A DNA stretch of 61,442 nucleotides, counting the filler, from Catajapyx aquilonaris (Eukaryota), in NCBI GenBank assembly GCA_000934665.2. It is 4 parts of 4 records of this genome, joined end to end, with 100 filler letters (N's around TTAATTAATTAA, not from the genome) between each part and the next. Parts side by side here need not be neighbours in the genome. Positions count along the whole stretch, not along the records: positions 46,226 to 61,442 come from JYFJ02007559.1; 3 more parts are not named here. One strand, given 5' to 3'. The position numbers were made by a program, and so were the translations under genes. A model generated the notes under the pieces. It did not search any database. It was not told where the DNA came from and saw only the letters and a program-made list of their open reading frames with translations. Shown piece by piece: positions 49,321 to 61,442 of the stretch (positions are counted from its first letter, which is position 1; the number at the start of each line of letters is the position of its first letter).

Positions 49321-51994
49321 AGAAAAATAATGCAGAAGGGATTCAAGGCCCTGATGGTAAACTCATTGCCGTCATATATTCGCTCGGTGGCGCAATTGCT
49401 TATGTTGTGTATGGAGATTGTGTAATGACGTAATGTCTCTCTTTTGACAGAGATTAGCATCATTTCGTTTGCATAGAAGTAAACTGTCAGGTAATGTGGC
49501 AGAAAGGCTGCCTTGTCGTCCCAAATGAGAGGAGTTTGTGCGATGCAACATTTTCCGTCTCGTAAATGAATGACTGAATTAATGTACGGTAATAAATGAA
49601 TGCGGAGTGAATTTAAATAGGACGTTATTCGTTTCTCCCTTTGTAGAAATAACGGGCCTAAACAGGTGCATTTTTTCATTTAGTATCTATATTCTGCACT
49701 TAATTAGTTACTACCCTACACTGCTACACATAAACAGACAATACCATAATGCCACAAGATGAATAATCTAAGCTTCACTTTGGGGGATTCACTCTCAATT
49801 GCGACCAGAAAAAAAAAACAACTCTGAACCAGAAGAAATTACCTGGAGGAAGCGTGTCAGTTCACAAGGCCCGTGAAACGTGCTGTCTGCTTATTTTAAA
49901 AATAATATACGGTATATGGCATAGTACACATAGCATCACTCCTGATAGCATGCATATTTATCGCAGGTAAAATTATGTTAGTTTTGAACAAACTGGAGTC
50001 GCAGATATTCTTATTTTCACAAGAACGTTGTCAAATAAGTTGTATGCTGCATACTGTAGACTATATGTGTATTTTTATACGTTACAATAATTTTTAACTA
50101 TAACTCACCAAAAGGACGCCTCTGCTGTATTAGCTGATCCTCCGTTCAATGAAGCTCAGAAGCAATCTGCTCAAGGATTAAAGGAGTAGCATTTGCGTCA
50201 CTTTCTTCGGCAAAAAAAACAACAACCTTAAGCAATACAACAAGCAAGGTGAGGTGGTCACACTTTGCGTCACTCCTACAATCACCTCGAAGGCCTCTCC
50301 CATGCAGAGGGCATAATTTTTTTGCCCTGCTATTGAGAAAGAAAGATGACCTGCGAAATAAGGCTATTTTAACCTCACAGGTGGCGACTAGAGAACTTTA
50401 TGACAGAAATATAATATTTTGAATCCTCTACCTTCGAGAAATAAACGTATGTAGACACATGCCCGTGCAGAGCAGGCCCGGGGCACGAGTAATGTTAAAA
50501 TGCGCAAGCGGGAATTATTCACCTCTGGCATTGACATTACAAACGCACAATTTTTTGTTTGCATTGTTGGGAAGATCTCATTATTTATTATTTCTGCTTG
50601 AATTTTTCTTTTTTAAAAACGCCTACCTACAGTACTGTACAATTCCACTAGACAAGGTTAATAATAAAACGTTGTCAGTAACCGGCTGGTATGCATGACA
50701 GCATGTAAGTTCGGCCTAACTTGGTCCAGGTTGCATGATAATATAATGGAATGGACCAGTGCCAGAGTGTGGTGTTAAGGTCACTACTTTGTATATGAGT
50801 GTTTGAAACTTTTTTTGTCTTTTTTTTTGCAAATACTGTACAGAGTGTAGGGCATGTAGGTGTTTGCGAAAACTAATAGGCAATGATTGTATGTTGGTAC
50901 TGGGCATACTGTACACACTACTGCACACAGGCACTGATTTGCCTGCAACACCCAACCTTGCCAGCCACCTCTCACTGGACATGATCAAAATATTTTGATA
51001 GGCCTACGTAAGGATTTCCAAATGGTTACAATCATATTGGAAAGCCAAATTCTGTTTTAATTCTGGGCTAAAAAGTAAATGCCCCGGTTCATGCTAAGGT
51101 TAGTCCTATTCGTATTTTTCAACCTTTGCATATGTGCAACTTCCTCACGGAAAGAGCAAGAGAGATAATGGCAGTTAACTGAAGCAAAATTTAACTTTTT
51201 CTGTTTTATTCGGGTCACACATTTTTCTGACTTACTGTTCACTGTAGAGGTGTTTACTGGTTTTAAAAAACACACACACAAGCCTGTAAATAACTTAATG
51301 GCGAAATAAGTAGCAATGCAGCATAAATATTGATTTTTTATTATTACACAAGATGACATGTCAAACAGTAACATGCAGCATTTTCCTGAAATACAGGATA
51401 ATCAGGACAAGGCTTTGCTTGTTGTAATATAAGGGATCAGGGATTGCAGTCGTATAATTCAATGTCATCATCCAATACAGGTTTATCTGATAAAAAATAG
51501 CATGTGAAGAACTACAGGAATTACGTTGACATGGTATCACTAATCAAGGAAGTCCTTTGGGTTACATCACTCTCACCTTGCATGTGCCCTCTGAGTGGTT
51601 CAATTGTCCAAAGTCACTGAAGTTACTTCAACTTCAACTGATGCAATGGAGAATGGAAAGGGAAAAACAACGCAAAGATCCTGACCAAGTGAAGGGAAAG
51701 GAACAAAAATAAATACGACAAGAGCTTTAAATTTCTAACAGTTCTCAACTATCTTGCCTCTTGGAGTGTGAGTATCCCTATTTCCATAAAACACCAATAT
51801 TCAACATCAGTGTGACTTGCTGGACACTACTCTGCTGTAAAACACTGAAAATAGTATCTTGGACTTTAGTTATGGCTTGGAAGGGTGGGTGTAGGATCAC
51901 CAAATGAAAAGAATGATTCGCAGCCATGAGCAACCATGAGCTGAGGTAGGCAATTGGGGCTGGTCCAGAGAAGAATGTTCCTTCTCCTAAACAC

Positions 51995-54900
51995 TCACTT
52001 CACACCCTTAGTAAAAGCATTGAGGACCTCAAAATGTGTGTGGAGATTGGCCACTTGATTCTCAAAGTGCACTGTCCTCTTAAGTGGAGCACCTAAGCGA
52101 CGCAGAAGGTCTGAGAATGCCTTCTCCTCTCTCTTGATCCATGGACGACGGTCATCATTCACTTGGTAAGGGGTCACATGCACATGGATTGATATTCCTG
52201 AAAAATTATCATGCTTCCATAAATTCATGCTATTCAGACAAACAATATATTGGTGAGCATTTCTATGTAAGGTACACATATCTGCTGGGTGACCATCAGG
52301 AATTTAATTATTTGATTGCATTAATTCAATTTAGTAGTTTAGAATAGCATCTCACCCAGCCTGGTTAGTGTCTCAAGAAGGCTCCTTGAAGTGATCCAAG
52401 TATTCTTGCCTCCAGCATGTCCTCCATCAAGCCAAAACATGTCCTTGATCCGAGACACCAATGGCATCAGAGTGTCATCATCTGGGGTTAATGTCTTCAT
52501 GTAATGAAACTCATATATGAACTGGTTCAGAACTACACAGCCTTTGCTGAACCCTACAAAAGTCAGCTCTGCCTTGTCCAGGTCCAGAGAATCCTTCCAC
52601 CAAGGGTTTGCTTCTGACACCATTTCTGGTGTCTCGGGTGATTTTCTCTGCAAAAAGAGGTGCCTCGTGTAAATAGGAATGTCCCTTTCATCCCCTTCCC
52701 TCCTTTCAGGTCACAGGTGGACAGCAGCTATGAGGTCCAAGTTGATGAGGAAAAACATAGTTGTCATGTTACAAAATCTGCTTTGCCAATAGCAGTTCCT
52801 CGTAAATGTTTCACAAAGCTTCTTTTCATCAACATCTCAAAAGCATAAATGGTAAAAAACTAAGATTTAATACCTCAAGGACCTTGAGCACTCCATCACC
52901 ACTGCTACTGCTGTCACTGCTTCCATTTGAGGCACCAGGGCTGTTAGTAACAGTCAAGGAAGCAGATCCAGCAGCACTGGCGTTGGTAGTGGCAGCCTTG
53001 TGGGCATCATCTGAGTCCATGGCATTGTCACTATCATCACACGTGATTGGGAGTTGGTCATCATCATCATCATCCCCATCCTTTTCCTTCTTTCCAGAAG
53101 CCTCCTGTGGGAGGACCATCTTACGAACACGCTCTGACACATTCTGTAGCAGTAGCTCCAGATGCTGCAGAGCAAAGTGATTTGGTGTGTGGTCTGGAGC
53201 CCCGCAGTTGTTGAATGGCACGAAGTTGTCGTAGCATGAAAACGTCTTCAGTTCCATCCTGCAGGATTTGAAATAAAAGTGGGGATGGTTGGGGAGAAAA
53301 AACATGAGGACAAGTGTTCTGTAACACTTCCTTTTTGATATTACTGTCAAGAACTTCACCTTCATTTTACCAAGAACCTGCCCTGGAGTTGTCCAACCAA
53401 AAACTATGCAATACTATGCCATTTGCTTATGCTGGGGACTGAACAATACTCAAAGAAATGCTGTCCAGCTAGCTTAGAATATTTTTTAGGGCGCTGGGTT
53501 TTAAAATGACTACTTGCATGAGTCGTTGATACATTTCTAGCAGCATAGGATTATCAGGAGATCAGCCCAAAGCAGTGTGGTATCTGAGATTTGTTGTCAT
53601 GCCACCATGAGAAATACAGTGTCCTAACAAGAAAAAGTAAAAAACAAGCCTGGCAAATATCTTTGGGCTAACTATTGTTCTGTCATACCTGAAATAAGGC
53701 CTTTAGCTGTGAAGTCTAGGTTTTGTGAAGTGACACGTGGTAAACATTTTTAAACTCAAAGCGTCAAAGGTGACTTCTGGAATGCCAAATCCTTAGTTCT
53801 TACAACTAGTGACATGTAAATATGTTCATTAACTGCATGTCTATGATGTGGGATCAGGGAGCAAGCTATCATGGACAGGAGAGGAGGCAGTTTGGCGAGC
53901 TTACTGTTACAATGTCACACACATTGAACGCATTAGCTCTATAAGATATTGAAACGACATAAGGCTGAAATAGCACTACCTTTTGCAGATTGATGCTATT
54001 GTCACTGGACAACTCCAGTCAATAAATTATATTAGGCACGATTGCCATAATAGTTCACAAGTTACAGTTTTGCAATTGAATACATGTTCCCATAGCAAAA
54101 AAAACTGATCTTTGACAGTCACATTCTGTCAGTTTCATGTGAGATTTCTCTCAATGCAAAATAAGCTATTCCTTTGAAAGGGATATTGCAGGAGAACTTT
54201 CAATGGCTGGACTGCTTATGAATTACAAAGGCACAAACAAGGGCCTGGCCCATCACTAGTTCAGCATGACGTAATGCCCTCAACTTGGTGGCCCTACACA
54301 GTTAGGAGAGTTAACCTACATTCATGTGACTGCATTTGCATGACACTCAAAAAGGTGCATGCAATGAAGAAAATGACATGCAATGTGGCTGATAGCTACA
54401 ACCCAACTAAAAAGCATGTGAAAAGAAGAGTATGTGTAAGGGGTGAACATGCAAATACAGTCACTGGGACTTTCCTGACTGGAGGTCGATCACCCAAAAG
54501 TGAGGGTATGTCAACAAATGAGAGGAGGTGAGAACAATGTAAAACGGGAGAGAAAGAAGTGACAAGGTAGACCTGAACAGTGTGGGCGGGCCCCCCCACC
54601 TGGCAGCCTTGATCACAACTATGTGACTCTGGGGGAACGAGGCCTGAAGTAGCAGCGCAGTGCTCTCTAGGTTCCACTTCAAGTAGTTCTTATTGTCACG
54701 GTGAGCTTCCATGTTCTCTGGATAGTCCTGCAACCATGGAAAAAAAGTAATGAAGCTGGTCAATATCAACTACAAACATTGAAGAAAATTACTTCCTTGA
54801 CTGATGCAGAACACTATATTATTGCATGTCAGCTCTTGATCTAGTTTGACCAAGATCCTCTTGCTTTAGGAAAGAGTCTGAGATGCCCTGCCTGTGGCAC

Positions 54901-57652
54901 AACTAGCAGGATAATTTTCTATCTCAAAACATACAATATTAAAACAAGAAATAACATCCCCTATATCGAATATTAGCAATGTGAGGGGAAGTAATTTTAA
55001 TGTCTAAACTTAATGAGATTTAAATCGAAACTGCAGTATGCCTTCTGATATGTCCTGATAAAAAGGATCTCACAAATGGTAATGTTATGTGTTCTTGGTC
55101 ACTAAGGATCAGAGGTGGGCACGGTTCCACTTCTCCGCTAACCGCCAATTAGAAGAACAAACTTTTAGCTTAGCTGATTAGCGTTTTCGCTAACTTTGTA
55201 AACAGTTAGCGGGTCAATTAGCTTCTGCTAAGTTTCATTACGCGAAATGTAAGTCCTCTAACAAATTGCATTCATGTCCCTGTGTTATTTTTTGAGCAGC
55301 ATTGCGAACCACTACCCACTTTCCGATCCATGCAGGGATAAAATTAGACCAGTTTATGGGTAGAGGAGTTGAAGGCCCGAAGGTGGAACTGGTATGGTCA
55401 GAGAGTCCGGGTCAGAGAGTGGTATGCAGGCCACCTTCCTACCCCCTGGTGATGCACCAAAAATGTATGGAACAGTAAATAACTAAATAAGGCGCATGTG
55501 TAGCAGGGCTCTCTAGGCTTTAGCACTCTAGGTCTGTTTTTATTTGTAACCCCTTCGCTACCAGCTAGGCCGAAAACGCCTAGATTTTAGCCAACGCCTT
55601 CTCTGAAGATAAACACAAGATATTTTACAAATAATAACAAAATATACAGGGTGGTCCAACTTCAAGTGTCGTTTTATAAAGGCGATTAATAGCAGTGATT
55701 TTGCGATGACGTAGCAGTGACGTGTAAAATGTCCCACTTCGGCGCCATTGAAAATATTAGCTGCCAATAGCAGCACACATGTAATCAACCCTGCTGGTGG
55801 GTTGACCTGGAAAAAAGGAGGTGCACACATGACCTGCGATGCATCTGGGTGAAATGGGCGACGTCCAAGGCACCAGATTGGCATTGGTGCCGCATGTGGT
55901 TGCACAGGGTTCATTACATGTGTGCTGCTATTGGCAGCTAATATTTTCGATGGCGCCGAAGTGGGCCATTTTACACGTGGCTGCTACGATAATCGTAAAG
56001 CGCTTCTATAAATAGCCGTTATAAAACGACACTTGAAGTTGGACCACCCTGTATATTTACCCATTCATGGAAAACACTATGAATGTGTTGCGAACAATTT
56101 TACTCCTCTAAAAGTCCCAAAATTAATTTCCAAAAAGACCACCTTAAAAACTCGAAATTAGAGTAGGCTTACTACTGGCCAACAGTTAGGCTGATTTGAT
56201 TATTAAATACGCTAAAATATACGGAACAACAACCTTGAGAAGCGTGCCAGACGAATTTGCTGAAATCATTGTACTTTGAGAGAATTAAATTAATACTTAT
56301 TTGCAGCTTTTTGACAGTTCAGAAAACTCCAACTGTGATTTACTTCTCACGAAGTATGATGATTCTCATCACATAGATTCTAGATGGCTGGGGCTTAAGG
56401 ATTAATTATTATGAAATACGGTATGTTAAAATATCTGAAATACGTACCCTGAGAACTGTATGAGACGAATTTGCTGAAATCGCCGTACTTCGCGAGAAGT
56501 AAATAAATTTGGGGGAGCTTTCCGAACTGTCAAAAATCCACATATACGTATTAACTTTTAGTGTATTAAATAATTAAATCAGCTTAACAGTTGGCCGGTA
56601 GTACTCTAATTTCCAGATGGTGGTCTTTTTGGAAATTAATTTAGGGACTTCTAGAGAGTACAATTATTCACAACACACTCATAGTGTTTTCCATGAATGG
56701 GTAAATATAGCTGTTATTATTTGTAAAATGTTGTGACAGAAATGGTTTAACCAAGGGTTTAACCATGTCAGTGCCGGCAACTCATTGTACACCCGGATAT
56801 GTGAATTTGCCCCATTGGCCAACCAAGGTCCTTATTCCTTTTTCCCCCGGCTTTATCCCTTACACCCATGCGACCAACCGACCTCCGTCCTTCCATCATG
56901 CCTTGCAGCTTTGCTGCTATTTAAGTGAGTCACATCAGGCACTCGAGGCCATTGGACCGGCCACTCCCTTCCAACCTTCTCCTTCCCCTCAACTCATCCC
57001 TTTAGTTACGAGAAATAAAACTCTGTCTGGCCTGATAAACCCACGTAGTTTTCCGTTCCGCTGTTGCGGTCGTCACAATATCTTGTGTTTATTTTGAGTA
57101 GGCGTAAGCTAAAATCTAGGCATTCCTAGCCTAGCTGGTGGCGAACGGGTTAAGAGTCACACAGCCAAAAAAAGAGGCTCAATTCATATAATAAAAGTTA
57201 GTGTCAGCTTCCACAAATTTTTCTAGGTGGTTAGAGCAAGTGATTTAGGGATGCCAAAGGTTTTAGTTAGCGGATTAGCGAAGTTAAACTTTCAGTTAGC
57301 TATGTCCACCACTGCTAAGGACTTTTATCATGTCAGTAGAGGCATACACACTTACCTGAACATCACCACCCCAAAAAACTATTGCTGCATTTTTTTCAGA
57401 TTCAACAGCAGGATGGCAGTATATGACATCATTGTGACGTCCATCATAACCTGCCACTGACTTCAATCTCAGGGGGCAGTACGGTGACGATGGTTGGGGA
57501 GGTGACGTCGACATTGTCACCTGTCCAAATAAAAACACTTTGTGAACATGAAAATTGCAGACTTCAATTAATATTCTGCTTACCTCTGAGTCACGTGTGG
57601 ACCAAAATGCTGGCAGAAAGAAGTGAACCGCCCTCTTCCACCACCTGCTCAT
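51995..57652 (-). CDS. C2orf69: Mitochondrial protein C2orf69 (UPF0565) homolog; exons 57652-57584, 57520-57356, 54727-54600, 53258-52874, 52647-52356, 52197-51995 (413 aa)
   Basis: VFWGGDVQDYPENM, KWNLESTA, FSCYDNFV..GAP, VGFSKGCVVLNQ, WLDGGHAGGKNTWIT, IHVHVTPYQV.D.RPWI..E, HFEVL; all junctions GT-AG with consistent phases; start at 57652 (MSRWWKR, presequence-like) is inferred, alternative ATG at 57514. Confidence 0.92.
55550..57149. mobile_element. piggyBac-like non-autonomous element nested in the hAT element
   Basis: GTAA-CCCCTTCGCTACCAGCTAGGC...GCCTAGCTGGTGGCGAACGGG-TTAA; ~50-bp TIRs; long internal inverted repeat at ~55620-56730. Confidence 0.75.
55647..56051. mobile_element. Tc1/mariner-type palindromic MITE (innermost insertion)
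   Basis: TA-CAGGGTGGTCCAACTTCAAGTGTCGTTTTATAA...TTATAAAACGACACTTGAAGTTGGACCACCCTG-TA; ~135-bp arms. Confidence 0.88.
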
Positions 57653-58313
57653 ACACTCACAGCACACCTTATGAAGTCCCAACTATCCTCCGAAAGGAAT
57701 TCTCAGTGACTGTAAAACTGCAACAAAATATGCACTGTCTGAGAACATTATTTCATGGCTATTTCCATGCCAGTAGTCACTGATCTCTCACAAGTAACTT
57801 TTATGATCATAAAATGTCCTACTGCAAATGCTACATGCTTAGATTTTCAAATCTAACCATGGCACTCACTACACTGTCTGCCAAATGACCGAAGCAGTAT
57901 ACATCTAAAAACAAACAACAACTTCTATCACCTCACAAGAACTAATTAAATGCAACCACTCATGTTCATAAAATGATACCAAGAATACAAAAAATAAACT
58001 GACAAAATTAGATATTGGCAATTAGCTTCAAGCATACAGATTGCCCAGTATTGTTGCCTATTTATGCATAAAAGTGTACTATACAACTCAACAATCATTT
58101 AATTCATCACTTTAGGGCAAATCAATTTCCCATTTGTAATTTAGTCAACAATCATCAATTTCAAGAAAGATTAATACACAATATGGACCCGCCTCACACT
58201 TCAATGTTCCCACACCATGTTCCTAATGGGTTACAATAATGCAGCTATGTATGTGTCCAACACTTTCCATCAACTATGAAGGAAGCAGCCAACATGTCAG
58301 ATGGCAGCACTAC

Positions 58314-59462
58314 TCAAAGGTAATCGTTGAATCTGAGGCATGAACAACAAGGGCAGCGTATCTGTTGGAAAAGGTCACGCAGCTCCTGCCTAGCCTGCCT
58401 CATCTTGACTCGGACCTCTTCTTTCATCAGGTTGTAGCACATGGCCACCAGACCCATTCCCAGAAGCAAGTAAATGAAGTTGATCACCAATTTGCTCTGG
58501 TTCCCAGCCTTTGATTCTTGGATGTTGTTCCCTGGCACAAAGTCCCCAATCCCTATCTTGCACAGACTCGTCACACAAAAGTATGTGCTGTCAAGGTATT
58601 CCCAACGCTCCCATTCGGCAAACATGATAGTTCCAGTGAATATGTAGCCAACCATAACCCAAAGACAAGCTGTTGCAGGCACAATCACTAGCTCTTCATC
58701 TTCTTCTGGCAATGCAGCATCAGCCTCTGCTTCTAGAACATCTATGGCTGTCTCTTTGTCCTCAATTGACCCATGCCGCTTCGTCCCGCACTTTGATGCC
58801 TTTCGATATAGCCACCTGAACGTCTCAGCTAGTACTTTTCCCATGTTCATAAAATAAAGTACGTATATTGGTATCCCAACCACAGCATATATGATAGTTG
58901 CTGCCTTGCCCCAGTCGCTCACTGGCACTAAATTTCCATACCCTATCATGGTGAAGATGGATAAGCAGAACATCAGTGCAGCTGGGTATGACCATTTTTC
59001 AGTCATGTTACGACCATCGTAACCAAGCTTTATCTGCTGTACAAGTCCTTCCTGGAAGCTGAACAGGGTGTGATTGACGCTCTCATTCCAGCGTGATGCA
59101 TCAACATCACTGACGTGGCGTGTAATGTTCCACAAGTCATCAATGCTCGTTTTCCGTAGCTGTTGAACAACTGCAAATGTAGGTGCTTCCTCAGCTGTCT
59201 CTATAGAAATAAATGCAACAGCACCCACCAACGCATAACTGACAACCAGTGCACCAACTCCAACTTGTGTGAACATGAATGATATCAGCTTCCGGAAGCA
59301 ATCCTTCACTTTGTCTCGCGGGTCACTCCCAGTAGATGATGACCCTTTGCTGCGGATGGAGCTCCTCATGGGGCTTCCTATCCCACCTGCCCCTGGGCCA
59401 CCCCGAAATCCAGGATGACCCCCTCTCACACTCCGACGCAAGGTGCTTCTTTGGGAAGACAT
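58314..59462 (-). CDS. Two-pore-domain (K2P/TWiK-type) potassium channel family protein, intronless CDS (382 aa)
   Basis: 4TM/2P layout: YALVGAVAFISIE, cap helices, WSYPAALMFCLSIFTMIGYGNLVP.S.WGK...YAVVGIP, W...DSTYFCVTSLCKIGIGDFVP, YLLLGMGLV; first ATG at 59462. Confidence 0.93.
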   Translation of the reverse strand: MSSQRSTLRRSVRGGHPGFRGGPGAGGIGSPMRSSIRSKGSSSTGSDPRDKVKDCFRKLISFMFTQVGVGALVVSYALVGAVAFISIETAEEAPTFAVVQQLRKTSIDDLWNITRHVSDVDASRWNESVNHTLFSFQEGLVQQIKLGYDGRNMTEKWSYPAALMFCLSIFTMIGYGNLVPVSDWGKAATIIYAVVGIPIYVLYFMNMGKVLAETFRWLYRKASKCGTKRHGSIEDKETAIDVLEAEADAALPEEDEELVIVPATACLWVMVGYIFTGTIMFAEWERWEYLDSTYFCVTSLCKIGIGDFVPGNNIQESKAGNQSKLVINFIYLLLGMGLVAMCYNLMKEEVRVKMRQARQELRDLFQQIRCPCCSCLRFNDYL

Positions 59463-61112
59463 TGCTCCAGAACACACCCCACTATGCTGCTAGTCTTTTT
59501 GTTAAGTGAGGTGGGTAAGGGAAGTCCATGCAGAAATGGGAGAGGTGCCAGTGGGGGCAGTTCATAAATAGAAGTTTGCTGAGCAGCCAATTTTTTTTCT
59601 TGCTATTTACGAGTCATCAACCTTGGGGGAAATGTGCAGCATTATTATTTTAAGATGATTTAACCTACATTCTAGCCTCTTTCAAATGACTTATGCTTTT
59701 TTTTCTATTAATACTTATGTATCAGTGTATGGAAGAGCATATTCCATACATTCACTTCAAAGCTGCATTGGTAAATTTCACCCTCCCTACAAAGGCGGTT
59801 CTCAAAATGGCATTAACAATCCCCTATTAGCTAAAAGTCAATTTTTAAATTCACTTTCACAGGGTAATTACAATTTGCTTATGGGGGCTAACGTTTCCGT
59901 ACTTAGTAATACAAATAGGCAACAGCGGAAACTTCTTAAGGTCTATTGCAGTAGCTGCTAGGTGCCTGAAGTTACTGGAGGCGTACCCACAATTTACGAA
60001 ACGGTGATGTCAAAACATGTTAACTAACAGTATGGTACTAAATTTCACACAACCATGAATGTTCTCAAAATCCCTATAGATCCCAGAATAATTAAATTTT
60101 CACACTAGAGCTTATTGCACTGGGTAACAACAGTGCAACATATAGTAAATTTCAGAGATATTATAGCACTGACTTGGCACCATCATATTTATAAGATGAA
60201 ATTGTGAAACCTGTATTACAGTTTACATAACTGTGAGCCTGATGGTCAGATTTAATTATTTAACTACCTCTGTGGGTTAATATGAATTAGATGTAAAAAC
60301 TAAAGATCTGACAATGCACACTGCAAAAAAGTTTAGCCTGTAGCCTCAAGAGCTACTGAGTGAATGGGAGAGAATACACAATGATAGCAATCAATCTTTC
60401 AGGTGCTCCCACGAATTTTACTGTTTTACACAAAACTATAAACTAAACTAAACCAAACCACTGTTTTACACTAACAATGGGGCATGTTAATTCAAATCAC
60501 ATTGCATGGTTTTAAATAATTATTCTGACTGCAGCATGTTTAAGGTGGAAGAAAAAATTCTCTCCATGATTCAACAACTTGTAATCACATGGAGCTGGTC
60601 ATAATAACAGACAAAAGAGACACATCAACAAGTATTTACATAAATTGCACTTAAATCTGAGAAGTTCCAACACAATCAAACTGCAAAGCGATCACTGGAA
60701 GGATGCTACCCAGCCAACGAGACACATACAAGTCACTGAACCTCTGAACCTGGACATCCTAAAAACTAAGCACATTGCAGGGTTTCTCTCCTGGTGCATT
60801 CTCCTAAGACACCAGAGTGGAGTAAAAATTGGCATCTTGCCCAAATAACAAGAAGATATGCCAAGAACACCTTTCTTGAGTTTCTCTTGATATCCTCTTG
60901 ATAAACACTCGGTCTTGTCTAAAGAAAAAATCCAATCACTGCCGACAATCAACATAGTCAGACTGGGTTGTACCACTGAGAACTGAAGATTTATCCTCGC
61001 CGTCGGTTGTTTATTACGGTGGTATTTTCCATATAATCCCACGCCAATGTGTAGCAATTTTAAAATCAAGTTGTGATCTAACTTGCATCACAGCACCTTT
61101 CACATGGACATA

Positions 61113-61332
61113 CGAGGTAGGCGTCAAAAGTTTCCATCATGGCTATGTTCCAGGGGTGATGGAAATAAAACGACAGTGTCATTTTTCAATATAGCCTCCT
61201 TCTACATCAATGCACGTCTCATATCTCATAATTATCATTTCAATACCTCTGGAAAAATAGTCCAAAGTTTTCTCTACAAAATGCTCATATACTACCTCTT
61301 ACACCTCTTCATCACTTTTAAACCGTACCTTG
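61113..61332. mobile_element. Possible decayed mariner-type MITE
   Basis: TA-CGAGGTAGGCGTCAAAAGTT vs ACTTTTAAACCGTACCTTG; imperfect TIRs only. Confidence 0.35.
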
Positions 61333-61442
61333 AAGTTCTTTTTTGAGTTTGGATAACAGGTAATAGTCACTAGGGGCCAGTAGGGTGGGTGATCAAGCTC
61401 CTCGAAGCGACAGTTCCTCACAGCAGTCTTGGAAACATTGCC

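Larger units (their letters stand above)
55110..57314. mobile_element. hAT non-autonomous element (outer shell of nested stack)
   Basis: CAGAGGTGGGCAC...ATGTCCACCACTG; 8-bp TSD CTAAGGAT (55102-55109) / CTAAGGAC (57315-57322); subterminal TTAGC repeats. Confidence 0.8.

Noticed and set aside
59463..59477. ORF-track start MCSGA for the K2P channel
   Set aside because: Begins at GTG; the first ATG is at 59462

Overview
Eukaryotic (arthropod-like, probably insect) genomic DNA. It is not one locus: four contigs (1-15256, 15357-30687, 30788-46125, 46226-61442) are joined by identical artificial 100-nt spacers (44N-TTAATTAATTAA-44N). Contig 1 has a complete spliced TOM22 gene (-), many MITEs/SINEs, a decayed P-element/THAP9-type transposase with a Ulp1/SENP protease-like fragment directly upstream, and one arm of a foldback element built of ~160-bp tandem repeats. 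Contig 2 has no recognisable coding exons and retains CpG. Contig 3 has the 3' exons of SMC6 (+) converging on a 5'-truncated, intron-poor, GC3-rich Piwi/Aubergine gene (-) with an intact DEDH slicer tetrad. Contig 4 has IDI1 (-, 3' end missing), a complete C2orf69 homolog (-) whose intron holds a four-level nested transposon stack, and an intronless two-pore K+ channel gene (-). The best leads are the K2P channel (both selectivity-filter threonines replaced, MIGYG/KIGIG, and apparently sharing a transcription unit with C2orf69), the Ulp1-P-transposase juxtaposition, tRNA-like Pol III cassettes inside DNA transposons, and the compositionally odd Piwi copy. All calls come from reading the sequence; no searches were run.
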